A stretch of 63,973 nucleotides of DNA, counting the filler, from Hyphochytrium catenoides (lineage: Eukaryota; Protista; Hyphochytriomycota), in assembly GCA_900088475.1 (NCBI GenBank). It is 7 parts of 7 records of this genome, joined end to end, with 100 filler letters (N's around TTAATTAATTAA, not from the genome) between each part and the next. Parts side by side here need not be neighbours in the genome. Positions count along the whole stretch, not along the records: positions 15,523 to 25,168 come from FLMG01002068.1; positions 25,269 to 28,805 come from FLMG01002239.1; positions 28,906 to 60,565 come from FLMG01002689.1; 4 more parts are not named here. One strand, 5' to 3'. The notes under the pieces are model-generated. The model had not been told where the DNA came from. It was given only the letters and a program-made list of their open reading frames with translations, and searched no databases. Of the stretch, positions 24,244 through 36,018 are shown in pieces. The position numbers were made by a program, and so were the translations under genes. Numbering within the stretch: the first letter of the stretch is position 1; each line of letters opens with the position of its first letter.

Positions 24244-24936
24244 ATTTCTCTCTCNNNNNNNNNNNNNTCTTTCATTTCTCTCTCTCTCTCTCTCTCATTT
24301 CTCTCTCTCTCTCTCTCTCTTTCATTTCTCTCTCTCTCTGTCTCTCCTTTAGATCCGCAGCGTTTTCCTCTTCCCTCAAATACAGTCCTGTTCCCTGGCT
24401 TGTCCATTTCTTTGGTCTCCTTCTCTCTCTTTACAGTCTTGCGGCGACCTCTAAGATGCCTTGTCTCCTCTTCACATCTTTCTCTTTTCTAGTCCTTTCT
24501 CTTCCGTCCTCATCCTCTGCCTCTATATCTCCCTTGACGTGAAAGTTTCTGCCTCTGTCTACCTGTTTGAACGTCTCTCTTTCTCTCTCTTTATACGTAT
24601 TTGTCTCTCTCTATGTCCCGTTGTTTGCAGGTCTTCGCTCTCTGCGTCTCTCTCTCTCTCTCTCTCTACGTCTCTCGCCTTTTTTCCATGTCTCCTCATT
24701 GTGTCTTCAAGTCTATTCTCTTGCTTGGTTGCCCTTATACTTCCTTCTGCCTCCCTCTAAACTGCTCTCATGATAACTCTCTCCTTATCCCCAATCTCTT
24801 TTACTCTCTCTCTGCTAATTTCTTCTCTCTCTCTCTCCCTCGCTCTCTCTCTCTCACACACACACTCACTCTCTCCCTCTGTCTCTGTGTGTCTCTCTCT
24901 CCTTTCCTTCACTCCGTGTGGTCTACCTTTTCTCAG

Positions 24937-24976
24937 AGAACTTTTCAGTTATGATGCCGACATTTACTGCCTTCAG
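24937..24976 (+). CDS. Isolated exon of an EEP-superfamily (CCR4/Angel/nocturnin/PDE12-like) nuclease
   Basis: A 40-nt exon bounded by CAG| and |GTAAA translates as ELFSYDADIYCLQ, matching the family motif YxADIxCLQE. The rest of the gene is not in this scaffold. Confidence 0.6.
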
Positions 24977-25028
24977 GTAAAGACGGGAGAGCCCGTGAAA
25001 GACTTATTTCTCTTTCTCTTTTCTCTTT

Positions 25029-25094
<66 letters not shown>

Positions 25095-25168
25095 CCCTCC
25101 CTGTCCCAAGGTTCTACTCTCTTTCTGTCGTCCCTCCCACTCTCTACCCACTCTCCTCTCCTCTCTGT

Positions 25169-25268
25169 NNNNNNNNNNNNNNNNNNNNNNNNNNNNNNNN
25201 NNNNNNNNNNNNTTAATTAATTAANNNNNNNNNNNNNNNNNNNNNNNNNNNNNNNNNNNNNNNNNNNN
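25169..25268. other. Artificial scaffold-concatenation linker
   Basis: Same N44-TTAATTAATTAA-N44 structure. Confidence 0.97.
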
Positions 25269-28200
25269 AATACGGAAGCCTCTTCCTCCTCTCCCTCTCC
25301 TGGTGCTCGGCCTGGGCTGATTGTTATCACCTCCCCCTGCTCCTCCTCCTTCTCTGGCATCATCTGCCTTTTTATGCAGTCTGTCAGTCAGAAATCGAGA
25401 TATAGCAGAGAGAAAAGAGGAGGCGAGAGCCGGAGGAAGAGCCTTCAAACCCTCCTGCCATTCTAGAAGAGGGCAGAGAGCCTGAAGTGAGAGAAACTGC
25501 AGTTTAACGATGAACTTTGGCCCATCAAATCTACCACTTCCCTCAGCGAGCGAGGGGTCAGAGAGAAGCAAGGAAGCGGTGACCGGAGAAGAGAGGATCG
25601 CATCCGTCCCAGCTATTTTCTTCATAAAGGAGCATACAAGGGTCAAGCCTCCCATCAAGGAATGCTTAACGGACTTCAAAGCATCTTCATAGCCTTCCTT
25701 TGGACCACTGTTCAGGCAACAAGAGGGGAATCGAGGAAGCAGACGGCAAGAGAGTGAATGAAGTCAGAAATGACAGACTTTAGTTGCTACGGGTGGATGC
25801 CATCTGGCGCAGAAAAAGAGGAGTATTCAGCAAACTTTGCCGAGTCGCGGTGCCACAAGGAGAGTGACTGTGACGCTGCGTAAAGAAGAGAGAGCAACAA
25901 TGGAAGAGAGTGCCATGCCATTGTATATCATTCGCGATACCACCATGAGAACCAATAAGAGGAGAGCGATGCTACTGAGAGAAGATAGAAGGATGAGAGG
26001 CAATCAAAGACTTACCCCTTGGCTACGTCGGAGGAAAATGTGACGTCCTTAGTACCCAGTACCTCGGACTCGGAATAGAGGACATTAGGACTTTCTAGGA
26101 ACTCAACTCCGGCTCTAAATACCTCTGTCACCGCTTGAAGCAGTCTCTCTACTATGCCTTCCTGGAGGAAGTGCTTAAGAAAGAGAGTGTTCGGTACCTG
26201 TCTCCTCTCATCAAATAGGATAGCGGCCGATAGCTCAAGAATGGACACATAGTACAGGGCACATACTATCTTCCCTCTTTTCCTTTCTATCTCTGTCAAC
26301 GAGGCTGGAAGGTGGGTTTCGGCGGCCGAAAGGGCCTGTGCGATGACCGAAAGAGAGAAACGAGCAAGAGCGTTATATTGAGAGAGAATGGCAGTGTTGG
26401 TTGCATAGCGGGGGGCCAGTAGAGAGTTTGAGAGGATGATCTTGCTCATCAGCATCAAGAGCTGTCTGGCTGTGCCTTGGTACCGAGAGAGAAGTCTTCC
26501 CCCAATCTCCATAAGCGACAGTGCCTTTTCTACCTCTTGAATCTTCGCCTTCTCCCTTGCTTTCATCCCTTCCTCATTCGCAGGGGAAGTGAGACTACTC
26601 TCGGCCATTGTAACATCCTCCTCCGTCCCCACTTTGATTCCTATCTTCTCTCCTTCTTCTTTACGGTAGAGCGGCAAGTTAGCAGCTACTCTTGCTGTCT
26701 CCATCATTGCTCCCGCATTGACGCTGTAGACGATTGAAAGCACCTCTTGTGTGCTCTCCGTTGTAAGTTCTGCCACAAACTCTTTGTACGGCGAGGAGTG
26801 GGCGTTGGCGCTCTTTAGCAAAGAGAGCAGGAGAGAGGCGAGCCACTCCATCAAGGCCAAGGTCCGGAAGAAGTCTGCTAGAGGATCGAGCTTCGAGAGA
26901 GAAGACGGCTGCAAGAGAATAGTCTAAAGACAGAAAGGACAGAGTGGACGAGGAAGACACATGTCAATATAGAGAGAGAGCAAGGAGAAAACGAGGAAGA
27001 GGGTCGTCAGCTTCAATCCCTTCTAAAAAGGAACGGACACCTATATTGTTACCTTGTAGTCCTGTCTGGGAATCCCATCCAGCACGAACAGGCAAACAGA
27101 CTCTAAACCTTCACCAAGACTCGACGCGTTATCAAGCGCAAGCCTGGTTTTGGCCTCTTTCAGAGCCACTGACTGCGCCCTTATCTGCTCCACTATAGCA
27201 GAAAGAAGGGGCAGAGGATGAAGTTGACCAAAGGAGCGAAGAGCAATAGCCAGATTGTGTGCAGCATGATATTGAGAAAGAGAAAGGCTGTTCTCACCCT
27301 TCTTCTCTACCGTAGAGAGCAGAAGAAGACGACGCATGGGAATAGAGTAGTTGCAAAGCGCTAGTAAAGCCGAAAGCCCGCCTGCGGCCCTAAATGCTTC
27401 GGCGTGCTCTGTCTTGGTTAGTAGCGGCTCCAGAAGCTGGGAGATATTGTTGACCATCTCGAGGAGGCCTTCTTGCTTCTTCTGGCATTCCTTCACATCT
27501 GATTCTGTCGCTCTAAATGACGGGCAGAGGCCGAGGAGGAGGTAGGATAAGAGTGAGTATCGGTCAAGAGGAAAGACACCAATGTGGGCGCGGAATTGTT
27601 GAGGTCATAAGAAAAAAGTACCTACCCACCCAGACAACAAAGCGAAGAGAGAGAGGGATAGATACATACTATATGAAGAGAGGGCTCGCGCTGTGGGAGT
27701 GGAGGAAGAATGAGAAGCTGTAAGAGAGAAGATAAAGCTCAGAAAGGCTGGGAAAGGTGGCTTTGGCCTAGAAGCTATAGGGAAGAACAAAACCGAGCAT
27801 CAGTGAGAGAGGCCCAGAGACACAGACACCGCACCCGTCGCTATCCAGAATGCGCTCTATATCCTCCTGCACTCTTGCTGCATAGCTTCGAACTTCCTTC
27901 AGAGTATTTACAGCTGCTACCATCGTAGGACGGCGAAATGTAGGAACCTGTCGCAGCAGCTCATCCACTCCCGCGCCTACGATAGAAGATAGATCACCTT
28001 CTAGACATTTACCGCCTGACTGAGAGATATAGCGGGGAGACGAGAAGAGTGAAAAGAGAGAACGGAGTGGGTCCGCTCTTCCTACCACCTCGGCGCCGGC
28101 GGTAGTGAGAGAGAGAGCATTAAGCACTGTGGGGATGGCTACAACGAGCTCAGGAACAGGAGGAAGAGAGCCCTGTCCTCGCTGCCCTAGTGCTTCCAAA

Positions 28201-28805
28201 AAAGACAGAGACAGGCCCGATGAGTGCACGAAAGAGAGGCAGGAAGGATCATTGTTGATTATGTCTCCCAGAAGCGTGGCGGTGACTGCGAAGATGAGCC
28301 CTCCCCAGACTTCTATATGAGAGAATATAAGAGACATGGTCGGGGAGAGAAGGCCCTCCTTCAACCTTCCTCCGCTGTTTGCAGCAGATATAGCCTGCAA
28401 ACCTGTTGAGAGACAGTTTAAGAGAGAGACAAGAAGGATGTGTTGAGAAGGGTTGAGAAGATGCGGATGTCTTTTCCCGTCTTCTTCTCTCCATCCTCTA
28501 TTGCGATGGAGCTCTTCGTCCAGAAGTTTGATTGCCTCGTCGTGAGAGAGATGCCTCCGACTGCTCTGATGCAGACGGCGGAGTTCTTCTTCTTCCTCTT
28601 CTTCTTCTGAGACACTATCTCTCTTCATCTCTTCCTGGCCCGTTTGTCCCTCCTTTCGCTCTTCCTCCACCTTCATCGGGGAAGCGCGAGCGCCAGTGGT
28701 TCTTTTGGTCTCCTCAAGAATCTCCTTTACACTTCTATGGAGCTTTCCAATGAGAATGTTGACACCGTTCAGTTGGTGGAACGTCGTGGCCGCACTATTG
28801 TTAGC
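25269..28805 (-). CDS. HUWE1: Internal fragment of a HUWE1/Tom1/UPL1-type HECT E3 ubiquitin ligase (N-terminal helical DUF913 region); multi-exon, truncated at both ends
   Basis: The frame is open from the scaffold edge (ANNSAATTFHQLNGVNILIGKL...). It includes WGGLIFAVTATLLGDIINNDPSCLSFVHSSGL, AIPTVLNALSLTTAG, LFSLFSSPRY and VGAGVDELLRQVPTFR, typical of this region. Further helical exons lie at about 27500-27053, 26920-26016 and 25710-25269. The HECT domain itself is not in the window. Confidence 0.8.
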
Positions 28806-28905
28806 NNNNNNNNNNNNNNNNNNNNNNNNNNNNNNNNNNNNNNNNNNNNTTAATTAATTAANNNNNNNNNNNNNNNNNNNNNNNNNNNNNNNNNNNNNNN
28901 NNNNN
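28806..28905. other. Artificial scaffold-concatenation linker
   Basis: Same N44-TTAATTAATTAA-N44 structure. Confidence 0.97.
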
Positions 28906-29373
28906 ACTCTGGAGCTGCTTGAGACTAAAGCTACGAAGCTGGACCGGAGGGTATGTTGGCCGCATCGGATTGACTGTATGCGAATTAGCTTCTTCTTCCA
29001 AGCTTGGCCTAAATGACTTCCAACAGATCCAGGTCACCGAAGTGGCACTAAAAGAGCTTGATAGTGTTCGACCCAAGAAGGTATACGGCTCTTCGATTCG
29101 CTTGACATAACCTGTTACCGAGATGGATCAAATCTGTTGGTCTGTTTCAGGCTACCTATATACAGAGAGGAAATCTTTTATTTATGGAGCGTCGTGATGG
29201 TTGTGTCAAGCGGTGCCAAGGTGAGGATCACCCTTCAAAGGTCTCTCACCTCTCTGAACCAGATGCTAATAGGAGCATCTGCAGACGAGCTTTCGGCGCT
29301 TCAAAAGCAGCGTTTCGCAGTTGGAGAGAACATAGTGAAGGCTAGAAGAAAGGAGTCCGAAGCTCGGAACTAG
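28906..29373 (+). CDS. Small beta-prefoldin-like protein (ASDURF-like), 5'-truncated, 4 exons
   Basis: Exons 28906-28950, 29027-29080, 29151-29220 and 29285-29373 have GT-AG, phase-compatible introns of 64-76 nt. They give TLELLETKATKLDRRIQVTEVALKELDSVRPKKATYIQRGNLLFMERRDGCVKRCQDELSALQKQRFAVGENIVKARRKESEARN*, a coiled coil / beta-hairpin / coiled coil pattern typical of prefoldin beta subunits. Confidence 0.7.
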
Positions 29374-31426
29374 TGTTTCATCACCCTTATGCCTGGCGAC
29401 AACGACCCAGAATGATGACGTGGGCTCATCTTCGGCCGCTCCCATATCTGTGAGAAAAGTGAATCTGCAGGCTTTGCTATGTTCCGCACCAAGACGCCAG
29501 TTTCGACTTGCAGGGATGGGTAACGGCTTGCCGAGACAGTGGTGATCGCCGAAGGAAGAATGCGAAAGAAGAGAAAAGTGGGACTATATGCCCATGACTG
29601 TTTCTACCGAGGGTATCACCTGACACTGAAAGGAGGTCTCTATTCTCCTCCTCGTACGTCTGACCGATGAATGTCGCTGCATTATGGTTCTGCGCGCGCG
29701 AATCTTCCCTCAAGGGTTATGAGCGCCTGCACTTTCGATCCAAGATAGATTCAGCTAGACTAAGAGATCTGTTAGTTCTTCCTCTCAGAATGGACATGCA
29801 TACCAGGATCCTAAAGCTCGTGCATCTCCTCCTCCCTGTTTCCACCCCCAAATGCCCACGCATGTCACCTATACCCAGGACTCCCGCTGCCTGATGGCTG
29901 TTGCTGTTATCACTAGGTCTCACCCCTTCTCGTCTTCTTCGGCATGCTGCTGTGTGTTGCTCTTCTTCCCCTGCTTCCTGACCAGAAAGCCACAATATAT
30001 TCTCTATCTAGATGGGGAGACCAAGCCTAAAAGGAACAGGAGGCTCAGAAAGACGAGAGAGAGGAGGACGAAGAGGTTCAGGAGGAAGAGCTTAAAGTAG
30101 TTCCTTTCTGATGCTCAAGGATCACTACCACTATAGTTCTTTGGCATGTCCTCTCACCTGCGGCATCTGCCGCTTCTACAATTAGATCAACGCCTATCTT
30201 GTTGGGACTGGAGATACAGCTCATTGTCTTCCCTATACTGTAATGGGTTAATGACAAGGGAATCCGGTAGCTAATTCAGAGGACTCTAGCAATACTTTTA
30301 CGGAGTGGCTTCAGACTTTGACATTTACCAAAGCCATTCTCAGCTCTGGGACGGTTTCGCTGCCAAATTTCTCTTCAGCCCTCTCCTTGGCTGCCGTAGT
30401 TCTCTAACTGTCCTTCGGGATTGTAGCAGTGGAGTTTATGATAGACAGGGTACATAATCGTCCTTAAGTCACCAAGCTTAGGTCCGACCGCTGTCCCTGC
30501 CGGCACCCATGGTACTACTGGTCTCTGATAGCTGTTCAGCTTCGGTGTGCCTCGTACTCTGCCCAGGGCCTCCCATCAGAACGTACAACCCAAAGATGGC
30601 CTCGTGGTAAATGGGCCATCTGACATGTGACAACACAGTAGCATGCCAGGAAAGGCTGCATGTCGGAGGTACAAAAACCCCAGATAATCTCTACTTAGTG
30701 CGTTTTGATGGGAGCCTGGTCTGGAGACTCTGCGACTCTTCCAGCAAGCAAGCTCATCAACATCAACAACATAGAAGGCTTTGGACTGATGGCACGAGAG
30801 GTCTCCAAAAGGCATTGAAAAGTGCTCTTTGAAGCTCTAGCCAAGGATCCGTTAGATCGACTTATCATTATCTGGGTCGAACATCGGGTGACCCAAGTAA
30901 CTGCATCGCCCACCCTCAGATAACAATACTGTCAAGCTTGGTCACACCATGTTCCGTAACACCCTTTATACCCACCCAAGTCTCTGGCTTACTGGTTTTG
31001 GAATAAGGTGAGACAAATGCATACTGATCAGTAATACAATGCATGAGAAGGGAGTAACGTACATATCTGGGTATCGCATAAGGATAATAATAGTCCACTC
31101 GAACTCCGCATATGGCTAGGATAATACATAGCGCTCAGGTCCTGGTAAGAAAATGGCGAAACGGCTTGGAGATGTTTCCTTTCATCGACATTGACTCCTC
31201 CCGTCACCGGCGCTCGATCGCGGCTCCTCCTCTGGCTGAGCCCTGAGCCCAGCCTCCTGAAGGTCTGTTGCTGCTCTCAGCGCTGCGCGGCTTCTTACCC
31301 GCCCGTCCAGCTGTCAGTTTTTCACTTCCTGGCCTCATCTCTAATCCGTCAGAGTACGTTTCGGCTGTACAAGCTCCCAGAGCAAGAAACGTTATTACCT
31401 GTGCTCACAGCGCTGCCTTCTTGACG

Positions 31427-32105
31427 ATGGGACTTCTTACTCTTCTTAGAAAGCTCAAGAAGACAGATAATGAGGCCCGTATCCTTGTGCTTGGGCTCGA
31501 TAATGCTGGCAAGACCACCATCCTAAAGAAGCTATCTGACGAGGATATCTCGCATATTATGCCGACCCAGGGATTCAATATCAAGTCCTTGATGTCAAAT
31601 GGCTTCAAGCTAAATGTGTGGGACATTGGAGGACAGAAGACGATCCGCCCGTACTGGAGAAACTATTTCGACCAGACTGACGCCGTTGTAAGTATTGGGT
31701 TGAGACATGCGTACATTGACGCTTTTTCTAACCAAGTCTCGCTCTCGCAGATCTACGTCATCGACAGTGCGGACAGGAGAAGACTGGAGGAAACTGGTGT
31801 GGAGTTTGGACAGCTTTTGGAGGAGGACAAGCTCAGTGGTGTGCCTGTGCTAATCTTTGCTAACAAGCAGGACCTCCTTAACGCACTTCCCGCCTCTGAG
31901 GTAAGGAGATCTTACTTCTTAGTTGCCTTTGACAACACCTGACTTATGATTTGTTGATCAGATTTCTCAAGGTCTCAACCTTCACAGTCTCAGAGATAGG
32001 CCTTGGCAGATTCAAGCTTGTTCAGCGAAGACTGCGGAGGGTCTTCAGGAGGGAATGGAGTGGATTGTTAGCCAGATCAACAAGGGACCGCGCGACGATG
32101 AGTAA
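31427..32105 (+). CDS. ARL3: ADP-ribosylation factor-like GTPase 3, 184 aa, 3 exons
   Basis: Exons 31427-31687, 31751-31900, 31962-32105. N-terminus [12 protein letters not shown]; motifs [61 protein letters not shown]. The true start is the internal ATG, not 31268. Confidence 0.95.
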
Positions 32106-32853
32106 GATAACATTGCCCTTTAGCCGGTTAACAAGACTTGCTAGAAACAGTCTGCTCACTGCTATTACCTAAGCGGTGGTTCTATCCCAGTGTAAAGATT
32201 AATGAAATGCAAACGCTCATATATTCTAACTTGTACACTTTCCGCGACAGGGCGCGCAGCCCTTTTTAACATCGCGAAGTGTATCTCTACTCAAGAGAAT
32301 TAACTTTATCTTGTGTATTAATTTGCTTCTTTGTCTCTCCTTGTGCTTGCGGGGGCCAAATCCAGAACTGTTGATCACTGTGGCCCTGTGGGATGAGAGT
32401 GCTTATCGATCCAGTTATGAGAGGCAGGATGGGAGGATGAGGCAAGAGTATCTGCACTCTTCCTTGTCTGATGTGCGGCACGAGGACGAGAGGACCGTGC
32501 TGCGTTGCGTGCTCAAAGCCTCTAACTGTCATGACGGTTGATAGTGAGGTCAGATTCTGTACAGTATGGAACTATTTCGTACCTGTTAGGAATAAGATCG
32601 GTCCAGACCAAAATACCGTTACCCCATCCAACCAATCAACTGAAGTGTCAGAAGGACCATAAAAAAGCTCAGGCTTCGCATCAGAAACTTCTCACCAGAC
32701 TGGGAAGGAACTGAAGAAGCTCATCTTTTGAAGCTTCTGGGGCAGCTGAAGCTGTACCTTCTTGCATGTTCAGTCGTGCAGTCACAGCAGGTCTTTCTGT
32801 GGAGCTTTGACCCGTATCGTGGCTGTAGAGTGCTGTGAGGGCTGTAGGGTAAG

Positions 32854-35800
32854 ATGGCGGAGCGCGGAAGAACTAGAGCAGCTAAAGGTTTGGCCAGAAA
32901 GCAGATGAGCGAACCTGGGAAGAGAGAAAAGTCGGTGGTGGAGCTCAGTGAGAAAGAGAAAAAGAAGCTGAAGGATAAAGAGACAGCAGAGATAAAACAG
33001 CTAGAACAGAAGATTGAGGAATCTACTCCTGCACGAGGGGAGCAGCCTACGGCATCGACCACTTTCGCAGACTTGCCCTTGTCCACATACACTCAAGAAG
33101 GTATGGGGGACTTGTACTAAGCGTCTTAGGCTTTCAACCTAACGCTTTTCTCCTTAGCTCTGGCAGAAGCTGGCTATGTGGAGCCAACCCAGATTCAGAT
33201 CGCTTCAATTCCTCATGCATTAGCGGGGTAAGCTGTAGTTGGAGCCAACCTAGATTGCCAAGCTGACCGTCGACGATCTCACTACTCACTGTTGGTCCTT
33301 CCTTGCACGCCTGCACCCCTTCTCTCTCTCTCTTTCTCTGTTCTCTGTATGTATATCCTTGTCCACCCATCGTGTGTCCAGGCGAGATATCCTAGGTGCA
33401 GCGAAGACGGGATCCGGAAAAACCCTAGGTGAGAAGAATCCATGTGTGTTGAATAGTAACCCCAGCTAAAGCTCTATATCCCAGCATTCCTGATCCCTCT
33501 TCTTGAGCGACTCTATCGAAAGCGGTGGTCCTCCATTGATGGTGTTGGCGCCATCGTTATCTCGCCAACACGTGAACTTGCTATGCAAATCTTCGAGGTG
33601 CTAAGGAAAGTAGGGAAAAAGCACAGCTTTAGTGCTGGGTTGGTTGTGGGTGGCAAGGACTTTAAGTTGGAGCAAACGCATGTACCGCGTATGTCGATCA
33701 TTATATGCACCCCTGGTCGTCTTTTGCAGCACTTGGAGCAAACTCCTGGCATGGAAGTGAGCAATCTAGAGGTGAGAAAGTCTAAATCGTGTCACTTTCT
33801 CCATTCGTCAATATCTTAAGCTCACCTTATGGTTCTCTCTTCTGGGTTCGTTGACGGACACTGGGTAGTCAGTCAGCCAGTCTGTCCTTGCTCTTGTCTC
33901 GTGCTTGTCTAACCTTGCATTCGGTAGGTGCTCGTTCTTGATGAAGCAGACCGCATTCTGGACCTGGGCTTTTCTGCGCAGCTGAATTCAATCATCAAGT
34001 ATCTGCCAGGGGCTGGGCAGAGACAAACCATGCTCTTCTCTGCTACCCAGACCAAATCAGTGAAAGATTTGGCCAGGTTAAGCCTTGACAAACCGGAGTA
34101 TCTTGGCGTCCATGAGAAGTCTGAGGCAGCGACCCCAGCGACACTGATACAGAGTTATGTGGTCTGTGAACTCGGGGCTAAGATGGACACTCTCTGGTCA
34201 TTCCTCAAGTCTCATGTAAAGTCGAAGATCATTGCTTTTTTCAGCACCAGCAGACAGGTGAGTTACCTTATTATGAGCCTAGCCAGACAAGGGTTCTGTT
34301 AAAGGAGTTAAGAGAGATGGAAACACAGATTATGAAGCAAAGAAATAGGGGAGCAGAGGGATATCCACTTCACTCCTTTGTTACCGCTCTTCATGCCTTT
34401 GAGGGTGAACTTTGAGCGTGAAGAGTTGGCTAGTCTCACGAGGTTGCTCATGCCAGGTGAGGTTCGCCCACGAGGCCTTCTGCAAGCTGCAGCCAGGACT
34501 ACCGGTCATGTGCTTGCATGGAAAAATCAAGCAGGAGCGCCGTACTGCAATATTCTATGACTTTGTAAATAGGCCGGCGGCGGTTCTCTTCGCCACCGAC
34601 ATTGCGGCCAGAGGTCTTGATTTTCCAGCCATTGACTGGGTTGTCCAAGTGGACTGCCCTGAAGATACCGCGACCTATATCCACCGCGTAGGTCGAACTG
34701 CGCGGTATAATAAAGGCGGCAAGTCGTTACTGATGCTTCTGCCGCCGGAAGAAGGTCAGCGCAAAAAGGGGCTCCGCTGACGGCCTCCCGCTGACGTCGC
34801 TCCTCCTACTCTCTTGCATCTCTGCTTCTTCCAGGCATTGTAGAGCACTTGAAGTCAGCCAAGATTCCAATCTCTAAGATTCAAGCAAACCCGAACAAGC
34901 TGCTTTCCATACAGGGCAAGATCGCAGGGTTGACTGCAGAGTTTGGAGAACTGAGGGTTCTTGCACAAAAGGCTTTTATGTCTTACGTACGCTCGGTCCA
35001 TCTGATGCCAGACAAAGAGATATTCAAGGTTGAAAACCTCAAGCTGGAAGAGTATGCACACTCCCTCGGCCTCGTGGGTGCACCAAGGATCAAACTGTTT
35101 GATGAGACTCTCAGTCGTGAGAGTCTAAGGCAGCAGAAGAATCGTAGCACCAAGCTGCAGGCTCTGAAAGAAAAGATTAAAGCAGAGAAGGAGAGACGTA
35201 GACAGGCGCGAGAACAGCTTAAAGCAGAGAAGCTAGCGAAAGAGCGTTCAAAGCAAAACGCACCCTCAGATAGCAGTTCAGAGTCGAGCGATGAGGAAGA
35301 CGTGATGCCCAAACGGGCTGGCGGAGAGAACATCGAGAAGGCGAAGACGGCTTCTCAAGGAATGCGCAAGGCGGACGAGGGCGATGACTTCCTTGTTGTC
35401 AAGCGCAAGATTGACTGGAAGGAGCCTGATGAGGACTCAGGGGACCGGCCTGAAACAAGCACGAAGAAGCCTAAGAAGCTAAAGATTAGGCCCGATCGGC
35501 CGATCTCTGACGGCAAAAAGATAATCTTCGACGACGAGGGTGATACGGTAGAGAGCTCATTTGAGCGCATTGTGAGCAAGGAAGGCACAAAGGAAGAAGC
35601 TCTTCACAAGGACCCTAAGGAGCTTGCACTGGAGAATGAGAAGTATATTGCCGAGGTTGCTGCAAGGCTGAAGCTTCGGGAGGAGGAAGACAAACAGAGA
35701 GAGCGTGAGCGCATTCAAGAGAAACATCGCAAGCGCCGTCTAAAGGAAAAGGCTCCCAAGCCCAGCCAAGAAGTTGGGGTCACGTTAGGGCACATGGAAG

Positions 35801-36018
35801 AGGAATACGAGGATGATGCCAGTGATGCTAGAGAGAGCTCTGCAAAAGACTCATCAGGAGAGAGCTTGAGCGAAGGAGAGAGTGAGAGCGCGGACAACAG
35901 TGACCAGGAGATGGAAGAGAGAGACGAGCAAGAAGAAAAGCGGGAGTCCACCAAGCTGAAGTCGCGGGAGGATCTGGTGCTGAAGCTTCTCTCCTCTCGT
36001 CGGAAGGATAGAAGTTGA
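32854..36018 (+). CDS. DDX10: DEAD-box RNA helicase DDX10/Dbp4 (ribosome biogenesis), 7 exons
   Basis: Approximate exons 32854-33100, 33158-33227, 33382-33428, 33486-33771, 33928-34257, 34457-34753, 34835-36018. Contains the Q motif, [98 protein letters not shown] and a charged C-terminal tail. Confidence 0.95.

Noticed and set aside
31268-31426. 53-aa N-terminal extension on ARL3 in the ORF track
   Set aside because: It starts at TTG. The conserved ARL3 N-terminus begins at ATG 31427.
33180-33256. 16-nt near-duplicate GGAGCCAACC(C/T)AGATT in a DDX10 exon and the following intron
   Set aside because: Too short and only two copies; could be chance or a trivial local duplication.
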